Below are positions 44,057 through 52,843 of a stretch of 64,000 bases of DNA, one piece after another (position 1 is the stretch's first letter; every line of letters begins with the position of its first letter). The translations under genes were made by a program, and so were the position numbers. The stretch is from a bacterium. Lineage in GTDB: Bacteria > Patescibacteriota > Minisyncoccia > Minisyncoccales > CG1-02-41-26. Under the pieces are notes generated by a model. That model did not search any database and was not told where the DNA came from. It saw only the letters and a program-made list of their open reading frames with translations. The stretch spans positions 30,404 to 94,403 of the forward strand of contig JAUWWY010000002.1 in NCBI GenBank assembly GCA_030616605.1. The letters are read 5' to 3'.

Positions 44057-44506
44057 ATGCCGGAATATTCTCAACAAGAACTTCAAAAATTATTTGACAG
44101 CTTAGATCCAGAACTAAAAGAGACTCTCTTATCTGAGGAAACAGCAGAAAGAATCAGTCAGATTTCTAAAAGACACAAGATAAATGAAAAAAATGTTCCC
44201 AGAGTAGCAAGGCTCGTTGGCAATGTTTTGATGGGACTTTTACCGCCAGAAGAATTGCCTGAAACCCTGGAAATAAAATTAGGGATAGATAAAGAAAAGG
44301 CTCAAGATATTTCCCGGGAGATTAATCGTTTTATTCTTTTCCCGGTCAATGAAAGATTAGCTAAGTTTTATCGGGAAATCAGACTTGCTCCCGGTGGAAG
44401 AATTGAAAGGAGAGAAATAGAAAAAAAAGAGGAGATTGAAATTCCAAAAAGGAAGAGAGGTAAAAAGCTGACCACTGATATTTATCGAGAACCTATAGAG
44501 GAATAA
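44057..44506 (+). CDS. Acidic/charged hypothetical protein, first gene of the main T4SS-like operon
   Basis: Start moved to MPEYSQQELQKLF. No TM segment and no motif I recognise. Confidence 0.5.
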   Translation: MPEYSQQELQKLFDSLDPELKETLLSEETAERISQISKRHKINEKNVPRVARLVGNVLMGLLPPEELPETLEIKLGIDKEKAQDISREINRFILFPVNERLAKFYREIRLAPGGRIERREIEKKEEIEIPKRKRGKKLTTDIYREPIEE

Positions 44507-44510
44507 TTTT

Positions 44511-44924
44511 ATGAGATATAAAGTACCAAAGTTTTTGGAAAGGGAAACAAAATTTTTCGCCTTCTTAACTTTTAAACAACTGGCTTTGGTGGGAGGAGCT
44601 AGTTTAATTTTGCTTGCCTTATATTATATCCTCCCAAAATCTATTTTTTTTGTTTCTCTTTTTGTCATCGGCGGAATAGTTTTCAGTATGGTTTTTGTTA
44701 GAGTTGAAGGACTTTCTCTTTCTCAACTTGTACTTCAGTTTTTTGGTTATTTAACTGGTCCAAAAAACTATATCTGGCGAAGAAAAAAAATTACCTCTCC
44801 TATCAAATTAAAGGAAAAAAAGGAGGTTAAAAAAGAAGAAAAAGAAGAAGAATCTCCATTAAAAGTTTCTCCGAGAGGTAAATTGCAGAAATTATCTTCA
44901 AAAATCGAAATGGGACTTCGTTAA
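44511..44924 (+). CDS. PrgI/VirB3-like small membrane protein
   Basis: MRYKVPKFLERETKFFAFLTFKQL followed by 2 TM helices. This matches the PrgI-family pattern usually found immediately upstream of VirB4-type ATPases. Confidence 0.55.
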   Translation: MRYKVPKFLERETKFFAFLTFKQLALVGGASLILLALYYILPKSIFFVSLFVIGGIVFSMVFVRVEGLSLSQLVLQFFGYLTGPKNYIWRRKKITSPIKLKEKKEVKKEEKEEESPLKVSPRGKLQKLSSKIEMGLR

Positions 44925-44928
44925 AATT

Positions 44929-45579
44929 ATGTTTCAAGCTTCAACCCAACAATTTTTAGAATTTTCCCAAATCAGAGAAGGAGTGGTTATTCTTAAAAAT
45001 AAAGCCCTAAAAGGAATTTTGCTGGTTTCTTCAATAAATTTTAATCTGAAATCAGAGGATGAACAAAAAGCAATTATTTACCAATTCCAGAATTTTCTGA
45101 ATTCTTTGGATTTCCCTTGTCAAATTGTTGTCCAATCAAGAAAACTGAATATTACCGGCTATTTTGACAAATTAAAAAAACTTGAAAGAGCTCAAGAAAA
45201 TGAGCTTTTGAAGATTCAAACCGCTGAATATCGAAAATTTATTGAAACCCTGGTTAAAGAAGGAACAATTATGAGAAAAGAGTTTTTGGTTGTTGTCCCT
45301 TTTAGTGTTTCTGAAGCAGCCGGCATAAGTAAAGAATTATTTAAAGGGCTCTTGGGTAAGAAAAAAGATTTCTTTGGATTAGGAGAAGAAAATTTCAAAA
45401 GATGTCGAGAACAACTCTGGCAAAGAATGGAATTTGTTGCTATAGGTTTGCGAAGATGCGGCTTAACTGCTGTTCCTTTAACAACCTATGAATTAATTGA
45501 ACTCTTTTGGAGTTTACATCATCCAAAACAAGCCGAATTTGGCTATTACCCGGAAATTCTTCCTGAGCTTATTCGCTAA
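44929..45579 (+). CDS. Soluble hypothetical protein resembling the N-terminal (non-ATPase) domain of VirB4-type proteins
   Basis: The pattern I.EG.V.L.N...GILLVSSINF.L.SE.E resembles the start of VirB4/TrbE-class proteins. No Walker motifs. Confidence 0.35.
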   Translation: MFQASTQQFLEFSQIREGVVILKNKALKGILLVSSINFNLKSEDEQKAIIYQFQNFLNSLDFPCQIVVQSRKLNITGYFDKLKKLERAQENELLKIQTAEYRKFIETLVKEGTIMRKEFLVVVPFSVSEAAGISKELFKGLLGKKKDFFGLGEENFKRCREQLWQRMEFVAIGLRRCGLTAVPLTTYELIELFWSLHHPKQAEFGYYPEILPELIR

Positions 45580-45669
45580 CAATTTCTAATATTAAAATAA
45601 CTACCCTAAGTACTGTTAATTTGCGAACAAAGTGAGCAAATTAACGGGCGGTGGGTGGGGCTGTGGAAT

Positions 45670-47460
45670 ATGCAATTGCCATTTTTAAAAAAGAAAAAAG
45701 AAAAAACAACCCTAGAATTAGAATTCAAACCAGAAGAAATTCTTATCAAAGATATTGTTGCCCCTCCCTCAGTTGAAATCAGTCAAAATTATTTAAAATT
45801 AGGAGAAAGATTTTCTAAAACTTTTTTTATTTTCTCTTACCCAAGATATTTATCAACCGGCTGGATGTCACCTGTTATTAATTTAAGCCACCCTTTGGAC
45901 ATTGCCTTTCATATTCATCCAATAGATTCAAGAACTATTTTAAAACAGCTCCGAAAAAAAATAACTGAGGTCGAAGCTGAACTTATAGAAAGAAAAGAAA
46001 AGGGACTTATTAGAGACCCTATCCTAGAAACAGCTTACAAAGATATTGAGGGTCTAAGAGATGCTCTCCAAACAGCAAGCGAAAGAGTTTTTAGATTAGG
46101 AGTTTATATTACTATTTACGGAGACACTAAAAAAGAATTAAGAGATGTTGAAACTAAACTGAGGTCAATATTGGAATCAAGATTAATTTATCTGAAACCA
46201 ACTTATTTAAGAGAAAAACAGGGTTTTCTATCAACTGCTCCTTATGGACTTGACCAAATCTTAGTCCACATTCCAATGAATACTGATCCTTTATCAAGTA
46301 TTTTTCCTTTTGTTTCACCAGACCTTAGCGCTAATGAAGGAGTTTTATGCGGTATTAACAAACATAATAATTCTTTAGTTTTGTTTGACCGATTTACTTT
46401 AGAGAATGCGAATTCAGTTTGTTTCGCTAAAGCCGGCTCAGGAAAGTCGTATGCTCTAAAATTAGAAGTTCTTCGTTATTTAATGCAGGATGTATCCTGC
46501 ATTATTATTGACCCAGAGAACGAGTATCAGTTTTTAGCTGATGCTGTAGCTGGTTCTTTCTTTAATATCTCTCTGACCTCAGCCCATCATTTAAATCCCT
46601 TTGACTTGCCAAAACCAAGAGAGGATGAAAAAACCGAAAATGTTTTAAGGTCAAATGTGATAAACCTGGTTGGTCTAATGCGAATAATGCTTGGGGGATT
46701 AAGTCCAGAAGAAGATGCAATTATTGATAGGGCTTTAAGTGAAACTTATGCTGCCAAAGACATCACTCCAGATTCTGACCCTTCAACCTGGCCAGAAAAA
46801 ATTCCCTTAATGTCAGATTTTCAAACAGTCTTGGAGGGTATGGAAGGGACAGAATCTTTAATAGAAAGGGTAAGAAAATTCACCACTGGCTCTTTTGCTC
46901 CTTTTTTCAATAATCCCTCCAATATTCAGATGGATAAAGACCTACTTGTCTTTGGAATTCGGGATATGGAAGACGAATTAAGACCAATAGCAATGTTTAT
47001 TGTTTTAAGATATATCTGGAATCAAGTTCGCTCCTCTTTAAGAAAAAGAATTCTATTAGTTGATGAAGCCTGGTGGATAATGCAAACAGAAGAAGGAGCT
47101 TCATTTTTGTTCGGTATTTGCAAAAGGGCAAGAAAATACTGGCTTGGAGTTTCAACTATTACTCAAGATGTTTCAGATTTTATGAAATCAGATTATGGTA
47201 AACCAATTATTACCAATTCTTCCTTACAGCTTTTAATGAAGCAATCTCCAGCTACCATTGATTTTGTCCAAAAAACTTTCAATTTAACTGAAGGAGAAAA
47301 ATATCTTTTGTTAGAATGTGATGTCGGAGAAGGAATTTTTATTGCCGGACAAAAACGGGTGGCTATAAAAGTTATTGCTTCTTATGCCGAAGACCAAATC
47401 ATTACCAGTTCTCCAGAAGAAGTCAAAAAAATAAAAGAAGCCAAAAAACGATTAAGATAA
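45670..47460 (+). CDS. VirB4/TraC-like type IV secretion ATPase
   Basis: Walker A AKAGSGKSY and Walker B LLVDEAWW. The N-domain YPRYLSTGWMSPVINL is typical of Gram-positive-type VirB4. The track ORF starts at the GTG at 45655; the ATG at 45670 is preferred. Confidence 0.8.
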   Translation: MQLPFLKKKKEKTTLELEFKPEEILIKDIVAPPSVEISQNYLKLGERFSKTFFIFSYPRYLSTGWMSPVINLSHPLDIAFHIHPIDSRTILKQLRKKITEVEAELIERKEKGLIRDPILETAYKDIEGLRDALQTASERVFRLGVYITIYGDTKKELRDVETKLRSILESRLIYLKPTYLREKQGFLSTAPYGLDQILVHIPMNTDPLSSIFPFVSPDLSANEGVLCGINKHNNSLVLFDRFTLENANSVCFAKAGSGKSYALKLEVLRYLMQDVSCIIIDPENEYQFLADAVAGSFFNISLTSAHHLNPFDLPKPREDEKTENVLRSNVINLVGLMRIMLGGLSPEEDAIIDRALSETYAAKDITPDSDPSTWPEKIPLMSDFQTVLEGMEGTESLIERVRKFTTGSFAPFFNNPSNIQMDKDLLVFGIRDMEDELRPIAMFIVLRYIWNQVRSSLRKRILLVDEAWWIMQTEEGASFLFGICKRARKYWLGVSTITQDVSDFMKSDYGKPIITNSSLQLLMKQSPATIDFVQKTFNLTEGEKYLLLECDVGEGIFIAGQKRVAIKVIASYAEDQIITSSPEEVKKIKEAKKRLR

Positions 47461-47462
47461 TT

Positions 47463-47822
47463 ATGGCTCAAGAAGATAAAACAGGAATATTCTTTTCTCC
47501 GGTTGGAGTTGCGATGATGTCTTTAGCTGTCATTTGTGATGTTGGCGAGCTCGTTGTTGAACTGATCCCAGTTGTTGGACAAGCTTTATCAATAGCAATT
47601 GATTTTATAGCTCTGATTCTTATTGGCGGTTGGATGTATTTTAAATCAGGAGAGGTTTCTGTTCCTAAAAAAACAGCTGGTAAAATAGGAAAAATGACAA
47701 AATGGACTAAAAGATTAAAATGGCTGAGACCTGTATGTTTAGTTATTGAGATGATTCCAATAGCTTCCAGCATTCTTCCTTTGTGGATAGTAGCTGTCTA
47801 TTTTGAGCTAAAATACGGCTAA
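47463..47822 (+). CDS. Small polytopic membrane protein (T4SS-like cluster)
   Basis: 119 aa with 3-4 TM helices. Its stop overlaps the next ATG (TAATG). Confidence 0.5.
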   Translation: MAQEDKTGIFFSPVGVAMMSLAVICDVGELVVELIPVVGQALSIAIDFIALILIGGWMYFKSGEVSVPKKTAGKIGKMTKWTKRLKWLRPVCLVIEMIPIASSILPLWIVAVYFELKYG

Positions 47823-50800
47823 TGGTAAGAGTAAAAAAAATTTTTTTATTTTTTCTTCTGATTATCTTGCTTTTTCAAGCCAGTTCTGTTTTTGCTTTGG
47901 AAATAAAATATCCCTCCCTGCCTGGAACTGAATCACCAAACCAGATTGAAGAAAAAGTAAGAGTGGGAATAATCTCCAAAGAAGATAAACTCCCTCTTTA
48001 TATAAATTATTTTGTCCGCCTGATTTTTTTGATTGCTCTTACTATAGCAATCATTGTAATAATTTATGGCGGACTTTTATATTTAATTTCCGGAGCTAAA
48101 CCTTCTGTTTTGGTTATTGCCAAAAAACGAATATCTCAAGGACTCTTGGGACTTTTGATTTTAGTTTCTTCTTATCTGGTTTTAGCGGTAATTAATCCCC
48201 AATTAATGGTTTTTAAAAAAGTTTCTCCTCCCTTAGAACCTGGTATTGTTTATACTCCTGTCCCGACCAATCAAGCTACTTTTTTAGAAGTTCCTTTAGG
48301 GACTTTAATTGAAAGAATAATTAATGAACTTGATGAAACCACCACAACCGTTCAATGGGGAGAGGTCCATCAAATTGAAATTCCTATTTTAGAAATTATA
48401 ACTACTTTAACAGATGCAATTTCAACAACTGAGTCCTTAAGAGATGAACTTAGAAACTGTAAGTGTGGAAAATCAGAATATGACATTGAATGGGATGGTT
48501 TAAAAGGAAAATGTGTTGGAGGAATGAGTGAAGAGGATGAAGAAAATTGGTGGCAAAAGGTTTGGCAAGAATTAGAAGAAGAAATAAAAGGAGGACAAAA
48601 TGTTTGTCTAACTCGTTGTGAGGATTGCGGAACAATTTGCGATTTAGAAGAAATAAAAGAAAAAAGAAAATATCTCCTGGAACTTTTAGCTAAACTTCAA
48701 ACTCAAAAAATAAAACTTTCTACTGACCAGATAGGTTTAATAGAAAAAACCTTAGGAGGTAATGCCGGGAAGTTTTTACTCTCTGAATTATCAGGAGGGA
48801 GCTTCCAAGGAGATTTTTTCAGCCAAAAACAGGCCTTAGAAGAACAAGGTTTTGAAGTAATTGTGGAGAGACCAAAACAGTTTCCCGAAAGTAAAATAGA
48901 TCCTTTCACTTTTTATGCTCCTTTAATGGGTGATATTCTTCCGTCCGAGATAACAAGAAAAAATCAAGAAACTTATCGAGAAAGCCAAAGATTAAGTATA
49001 TTTGCTGTTCTTGCCCAACTTAGCCTAGAAGACATTGAACAAATGATTCAAGACTGTCTTAGTTCAGCTTTTGGCCAGGGTGAATTCATTCTTGCCAAAG
49101 ATGACCTCTTAGAAATTGTTGAAAAAGCTTTAAAAGAGGGAACGGCTAATTATTTAAGTGAGACTTTAGCTGAAAACAGTTTGGATTATAGCGGAGCATT
49201 TTTGAAAAAATTAAGAGAGGGAATAAATACTGAAGTGGCAAGCTCAACAATAGTAAACTGTCAAAAAGCAGGGTTAAACCAAGAACAATGTAGACAGCAA
49301 AATATTCCCCCTCATTTTCTTTCCAATAAATTAGCTGAAGTTTTAACCGAAGATATAAGAGAAAAACTCCCTTCAGAAATTCAAAAATTTCTCAGAGAAA
49401 ATTTGAGGCAATTCATTTTTGACCAGGATTTAAATGAATTTTTAGATAAAGACATGGTTGAACTTCTTGATGGAGTTCTTCAAGGAGCTTTAAGTAAAAG
49501 TTTAGAAGACCAGATTCCTTTTTTGAGAAAAAATTTAGAAAAAAGAATGACAGACTTTATACCAATTCTTGTTTTAGACCCTCTCCAAACCATTGATTCT
49601 TTTTTGGCAAAATATTTAAAAAACCTTAAGAAAATAGTGGATTCTCAAATAGCAGATTTGATTAAAAAATTAGGTGACCTACTCAGCCAACCGGCTCTAT
49701 CTTTAATAGATTCTTACAGACAAGATAATCCTACTCTTTTCCGGGAAAATCTTGAAATGGAAGCTTGTTGGGACCTTTTTAGACAAGGATATTACTACAA
49801 TTACCCTCCTTATCCTTACTTAGGGCAAGGGGAGTGTCTTAAAGCAAGCCCTGGAGATGTAAATGATTTTGATGTTGGTCAAGGACCATTATGGGATAAC
49901 CTTGTTATAGCTGCAAATCTCGAACATTTCAACGTTCCTCTAGGACTTGAAGTTTCTGACATTTGCCGATTTAATTATTGTTGGCAGGAAACAGAAGAAA
50001 TAGGAAAAAGATGTCAAGAAGATCCATGGGTAAGGCCTGGCGATTTAAATCCGACCAGAGAAAATATGAGCAGATGGGGTAGAGAATTTATAGTCGGCTT
50101 GATTAATTTTGGCGAGCAATTTATGGTTGCTCTAATTCAAACCACGGTTTACACCTTAACCAAATATACCCAGGTTTGGGTTGAAGATGAAATTATTGCT
50201 CCTCTTCAGCCATATCTTACTCAACTTTCCGATTTTCAGAAAAAATTACATGAATTTTTAACTTCAACTATTAAACAGCTCCTGCCTCAACAAATTGCTA
50301 CTTATTTAGGGAGCAATATAGAGCAAATCTTAGCAGACATCTGTAATAAAGCAAAAGCAGACCAAACAATTAAGCTTTACCAGGGAATGACTGAGATAGA
50401 AATTAGCAAAGATGTAGGTGAGTGGGCCTGTAATCTTGATAAAGAATTCCACGACAGTCTGCTTGATAACTTAGAGGAAACTGGTGAATGGGGTGAAAAA
50501 ATAGTAGAGGGTCTTAACACTACTGTTGAAGAGTTTATTCCAGCCTCAATCAGAGAAAAATGGCTTTATAGTTCTTTTGCTGAAATTCTTTGGCCCGAAG
50601 TAACAAATATTGAAGCTCTTGTTAAAGGAACTCCCAAACAATTTATTTGTGGAGAACTTATGGCAGATTATCATCCTAATTTAGTAAAAACAGGAGTGGA
50701 GCCATCAGTTTTTGATAAATGCCAGTCTCTAAAAATAGCTGGTCTTATTCCTTATTTGGACAAAACAAACCCTCTATGGCTAGGGATGTCTGATGAAAAA

Positions 50801-52837
50801 AAACAGGATTATCTTACCCATTGCTATTTTATCTGGTATGGCTGTCAAAATCCTTTCTCTGGTTGGGATCAAGGAATAGGGACGCTTATTAAAAGATTTT
50901 TAACTACTGAGTGCAACAGAGTTGATGGAAAAGTATTTATAGAATGTAACCAGGCAAAATGTGAAAACTGTCTTGGAGAACTAAAAAACGAATGCACAGC
51001 TTGTGATATTTTAGTTGATAATTCCGTCGCTTTTACTCTTTTCAAATATGGAATTGAAGAAAAATATGGTCAAACATCACCAGACCCAGAAAGCACAGAA
51101 GCTGAAGATGAAATAACAGCTTATCAATGGTTAGTAGTTGTTTTCCCTGATTTAATAAGCCAGGTTGATAAATTAGCCAAAGAAAGAGGTTTGGAAGGAA
51201 AATGGAAGTTAGGAGACCCCTCACCAAGACAAGAAGCAATCGACGCTGACAAACCTGATGATTTAGACTTAAAAACTACAGCTTTAGCTCTTGTCTCCTG
51301 GTTTAGCGAACAGAAAACTGTCTATCAAGTTCTGACCAGTCCTTATTTTGGAATAATGCATTATTTAAAAGGTGAAGATTACATAGGAAATAATTTCTTA
51401 GCTAGAACCCCTTATCAACTTCTTCACGATGACCTTTGTCTTAAAATAAAACAAGATTTTAAAAAAGATTATCCAGATTGGACTCTTGAAAAAATAATAC
51501 AAAGACAATGGAAAGAGATAAGTGGAGCTCTCCCTTATTCAATGGAGAGCCTGGAAAAACCTACCCTGGCCGAAAGCTTAGAGATTCTTTTAACTATTAA
51601 AGAAAGCGAAGTTCCCTGGGAACGCAGAAATCAATATCTAACCTGTTCATTATTAGATTACAAGCCGGCTCAGATTTTAGGTCTTGACCAAAAACTTATC
51701 CGTTATGTCCGACCAAAAGAATACCAAATTTTATTTCAGTTAATTAAGGATGAATTAACTAATGAAGATAGACCAGAACCTTTAAATAAACTTCTCAATT
51801 ATCTCTATGGACAAACCCCGGTTACTGCTCTTCGCGACATTGGAAATAGATTAGAAAACCCGGAAGAAAGAGAGGATATACTAAGATTTGCTGACTTTTT
51901 GGATACTAAAATTGGAGACCAAATTAATCAAGGTCCAATGGCTGAAAAAATTATTATCCTTATTTTTAGAGCCCTAGGAATAGAAAATTTACTTAATCAA
52001 AGGCTTGGCTGGGATGGATGGAATATTCTCCAACAAATTTTAGCAAAAACTCCAGTTCAAATAATTGAAGATTATCTTACTCAACAACTTATTAGCAATA
52101 AAATAACAGAAGCAGCTTCTATTATGAGTCTATTGGCAGAAAAATCTATTTTGGGTGAACCTTATGTAGATACTTTGGGTAAATGGCTTCATTTAACTGA
52201 ACCTATCTATGAATTGTTTATAGCCAGAGAAAAACTTGATGAAAAAATCAATGATGCCGTAAGGCAAACCCAAGTAGTTATTCAAGATAGTTTTAGAAAA
52301 GTCTTAATAGAATATCCTAAGGCCGGTCTCAACTGGCTGGCTAAAACTTTAGCTAATCTTGTTGGAATAGAATTGGGAGAAAAAGCAGCTGACCAAATGG
52401 CCGGGGTTTGTCGAGATGCTATAGCTGTGGAACAAATAAATGAACAATGTCCAACAGGAGAAGTTTATAAAAAAGAAACTAAAGAATGCTGCTCTCTGGG
52501 AAAGGGTTTGGTTTGTCTACCAAAATGCCGGGAAAAACCAACTGATGAAGATTGTAAAATAGGGGAAAGCGAAACAACAAAAAATGAAACAAAATATTGC
52601 TGTTTTGATGATAAATGCCGAATATGCCGGGAACCTAAGAGTACAGGAGAAACAATTGAATGTAAAAGAGAAGGAGAAGAGAAAACAGGGCAACTTTGCT
52701 GCAAAGAAAGAATAGTAAAAGATGACCTCTGCTGTGTAAATATTATGGATTGTATTATTGAAAAATTTACTTTTCATTTAGAACTTTTAGGTGATGTTCT
52801 TATTGATGGACCTCCGCTTAATGAATTAACCAGATAA
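47822..52837 (+). CDS. Giant (1671 aa) secreted protein: N-terminal VirB2/TrbC-like pilin module fused to a huge ectodomain with a Cys-knot-like C-terminus
   Basis: Signal peptide plus two TM helices, ending ...SYLVLAVINPQL. This module is homologous to the N-terminus of the 58374 product. About 17 Cys in the last ~115 aa. Confidence 0.6.
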   Translation: MVRVKKIFLFFLLIILLFQASSVFALEIKYPSLPGTESPNQIEEKVRVGIISKEDKLPLYINYFVRLIFLIALTIAIIVIIYGGLLYLISGAKPSVLVIAKKRISQGLLGLLILVSSYLVLAVINPQLMVFKKVSPPLEPGIVYTPVPTNQATFLEVPLGTLIERIINELDETTTTVQWGEVHQIEIPILEIITTLTDAISTTESLRDELRNCKCGKSEYDIEWDGLKGKCVGGMSEEDEENWWQKVWQELEEEIKGGQNVCLTRCEDCGTICDLEEIKEKRKYLLELLAKLQTQKIKLSTDQIGLIEKTLGGNAGKFLLSELSGGSFQGDFFSQKQALEEQGFEVIVERPKQFPESKIDPFTFYAPLMGDILPSEITRKNQETYRESQRLSIFAVLAQLSLEDIEQMIQDCLSSAFGQGEFILAKDDLLEIVEKALKEGTANYLSETLAENSLDYSGAFLKKLREGINTEVASSTIVNCQKAGLNQEQCRQQNIPPHFLSNKLAEVLTEDIREKLPSEIQKFLRENLRQFIFDQDLNEFLDKDMVELLDGVLQGALSKSLEDQIPFLRKNLEKRMTDFIPILVLDPLQTIDSFLAKYLKNLKKIVDSQIADLIKKLGDLLSQPALSLIDSYRQDNPTLFRENLEMEACWDLFRQGYYYNYPPYPYLGQGECLKASPGDVNDFDVGQGPLWDNLVIAANLEHFNVPLGLEVSDICRFNYCWQETEEIGKRCQEDPWVRPGDLNPTRENMSRWGREFIVGLINFGEQFMVALIQTTVYTLTKYTQVWVEDEIIAPLQPYLTQLSDFQKKLHEFLTSTIKQLLPQQIATYLGSNIEQILADICNKAKADQTIKLYQGMTEIEISKDVGEWACNLDKEFHDSLLDNLEETGEWGEKIVEGLNTTVEEFIPASIREKWLYSSFAEILWPEVTNIEALVKGTPKQFICGELMADYHPNLVKTGVEPSVFDKCQSLKIAGLIPYLDKTNPLWLGMSDEKKQDYLTHCYFIWYGCQNPFSGWDQGIGTLIKRFLTTECNRVDGKVFIECNQAKCENCLGELKNECTACDILVDNSVAFTLFKYGIEEKYGQTSPDPESTEAEDEITAYQWLVVVFPDLISQVDKLAKERGLEGKWKLGDPSPRQEAIDADKPDDLDLKTTALALVSWFSEQKTVYQVLTSPYFGIMHYLKGEDYIGNNFLARTPYQLLHDDLCLKIKQDFKKDYPDWTLEKIIQRQWKEISGALPYSMESLEKPTLAESLEILLTIKESEVPWERRNQYLTCSLLDYKPAQILGLDQKLIRYVRPKEYQILFQLIKDELTNEDRPEPLNKLLNYLYGQTPVTALRDIGNRLENPEEREDILRFADFLDTKIGDQINQGPMAEKIIILIFRALGIENLLNQRLGWDGWNILQQILAKTPVQIIEDYLTQQLISNKITEAASIMSLLAEKSILGEPYVDTLGKWLHLTEPIYELFIAREKLDEKINDAVRQTQVVIQDSFRKVLIEYPKAGLNWLAKTLANLVGIELGEKAADQMAGVCRDAIAVEQINEQCPTGEVYKKETKECCSLGKGLVCLPKCREKPTDEDCKIGESETTKNETKYCCFDDKCRICREPKSTGETIECKREGEEKTGQLCCKERIVKDDLCCVNIMDCIIEKFTFHLELLGDVLIDGPPLNELTR

Positions 52838-52843
52838 AGAATT

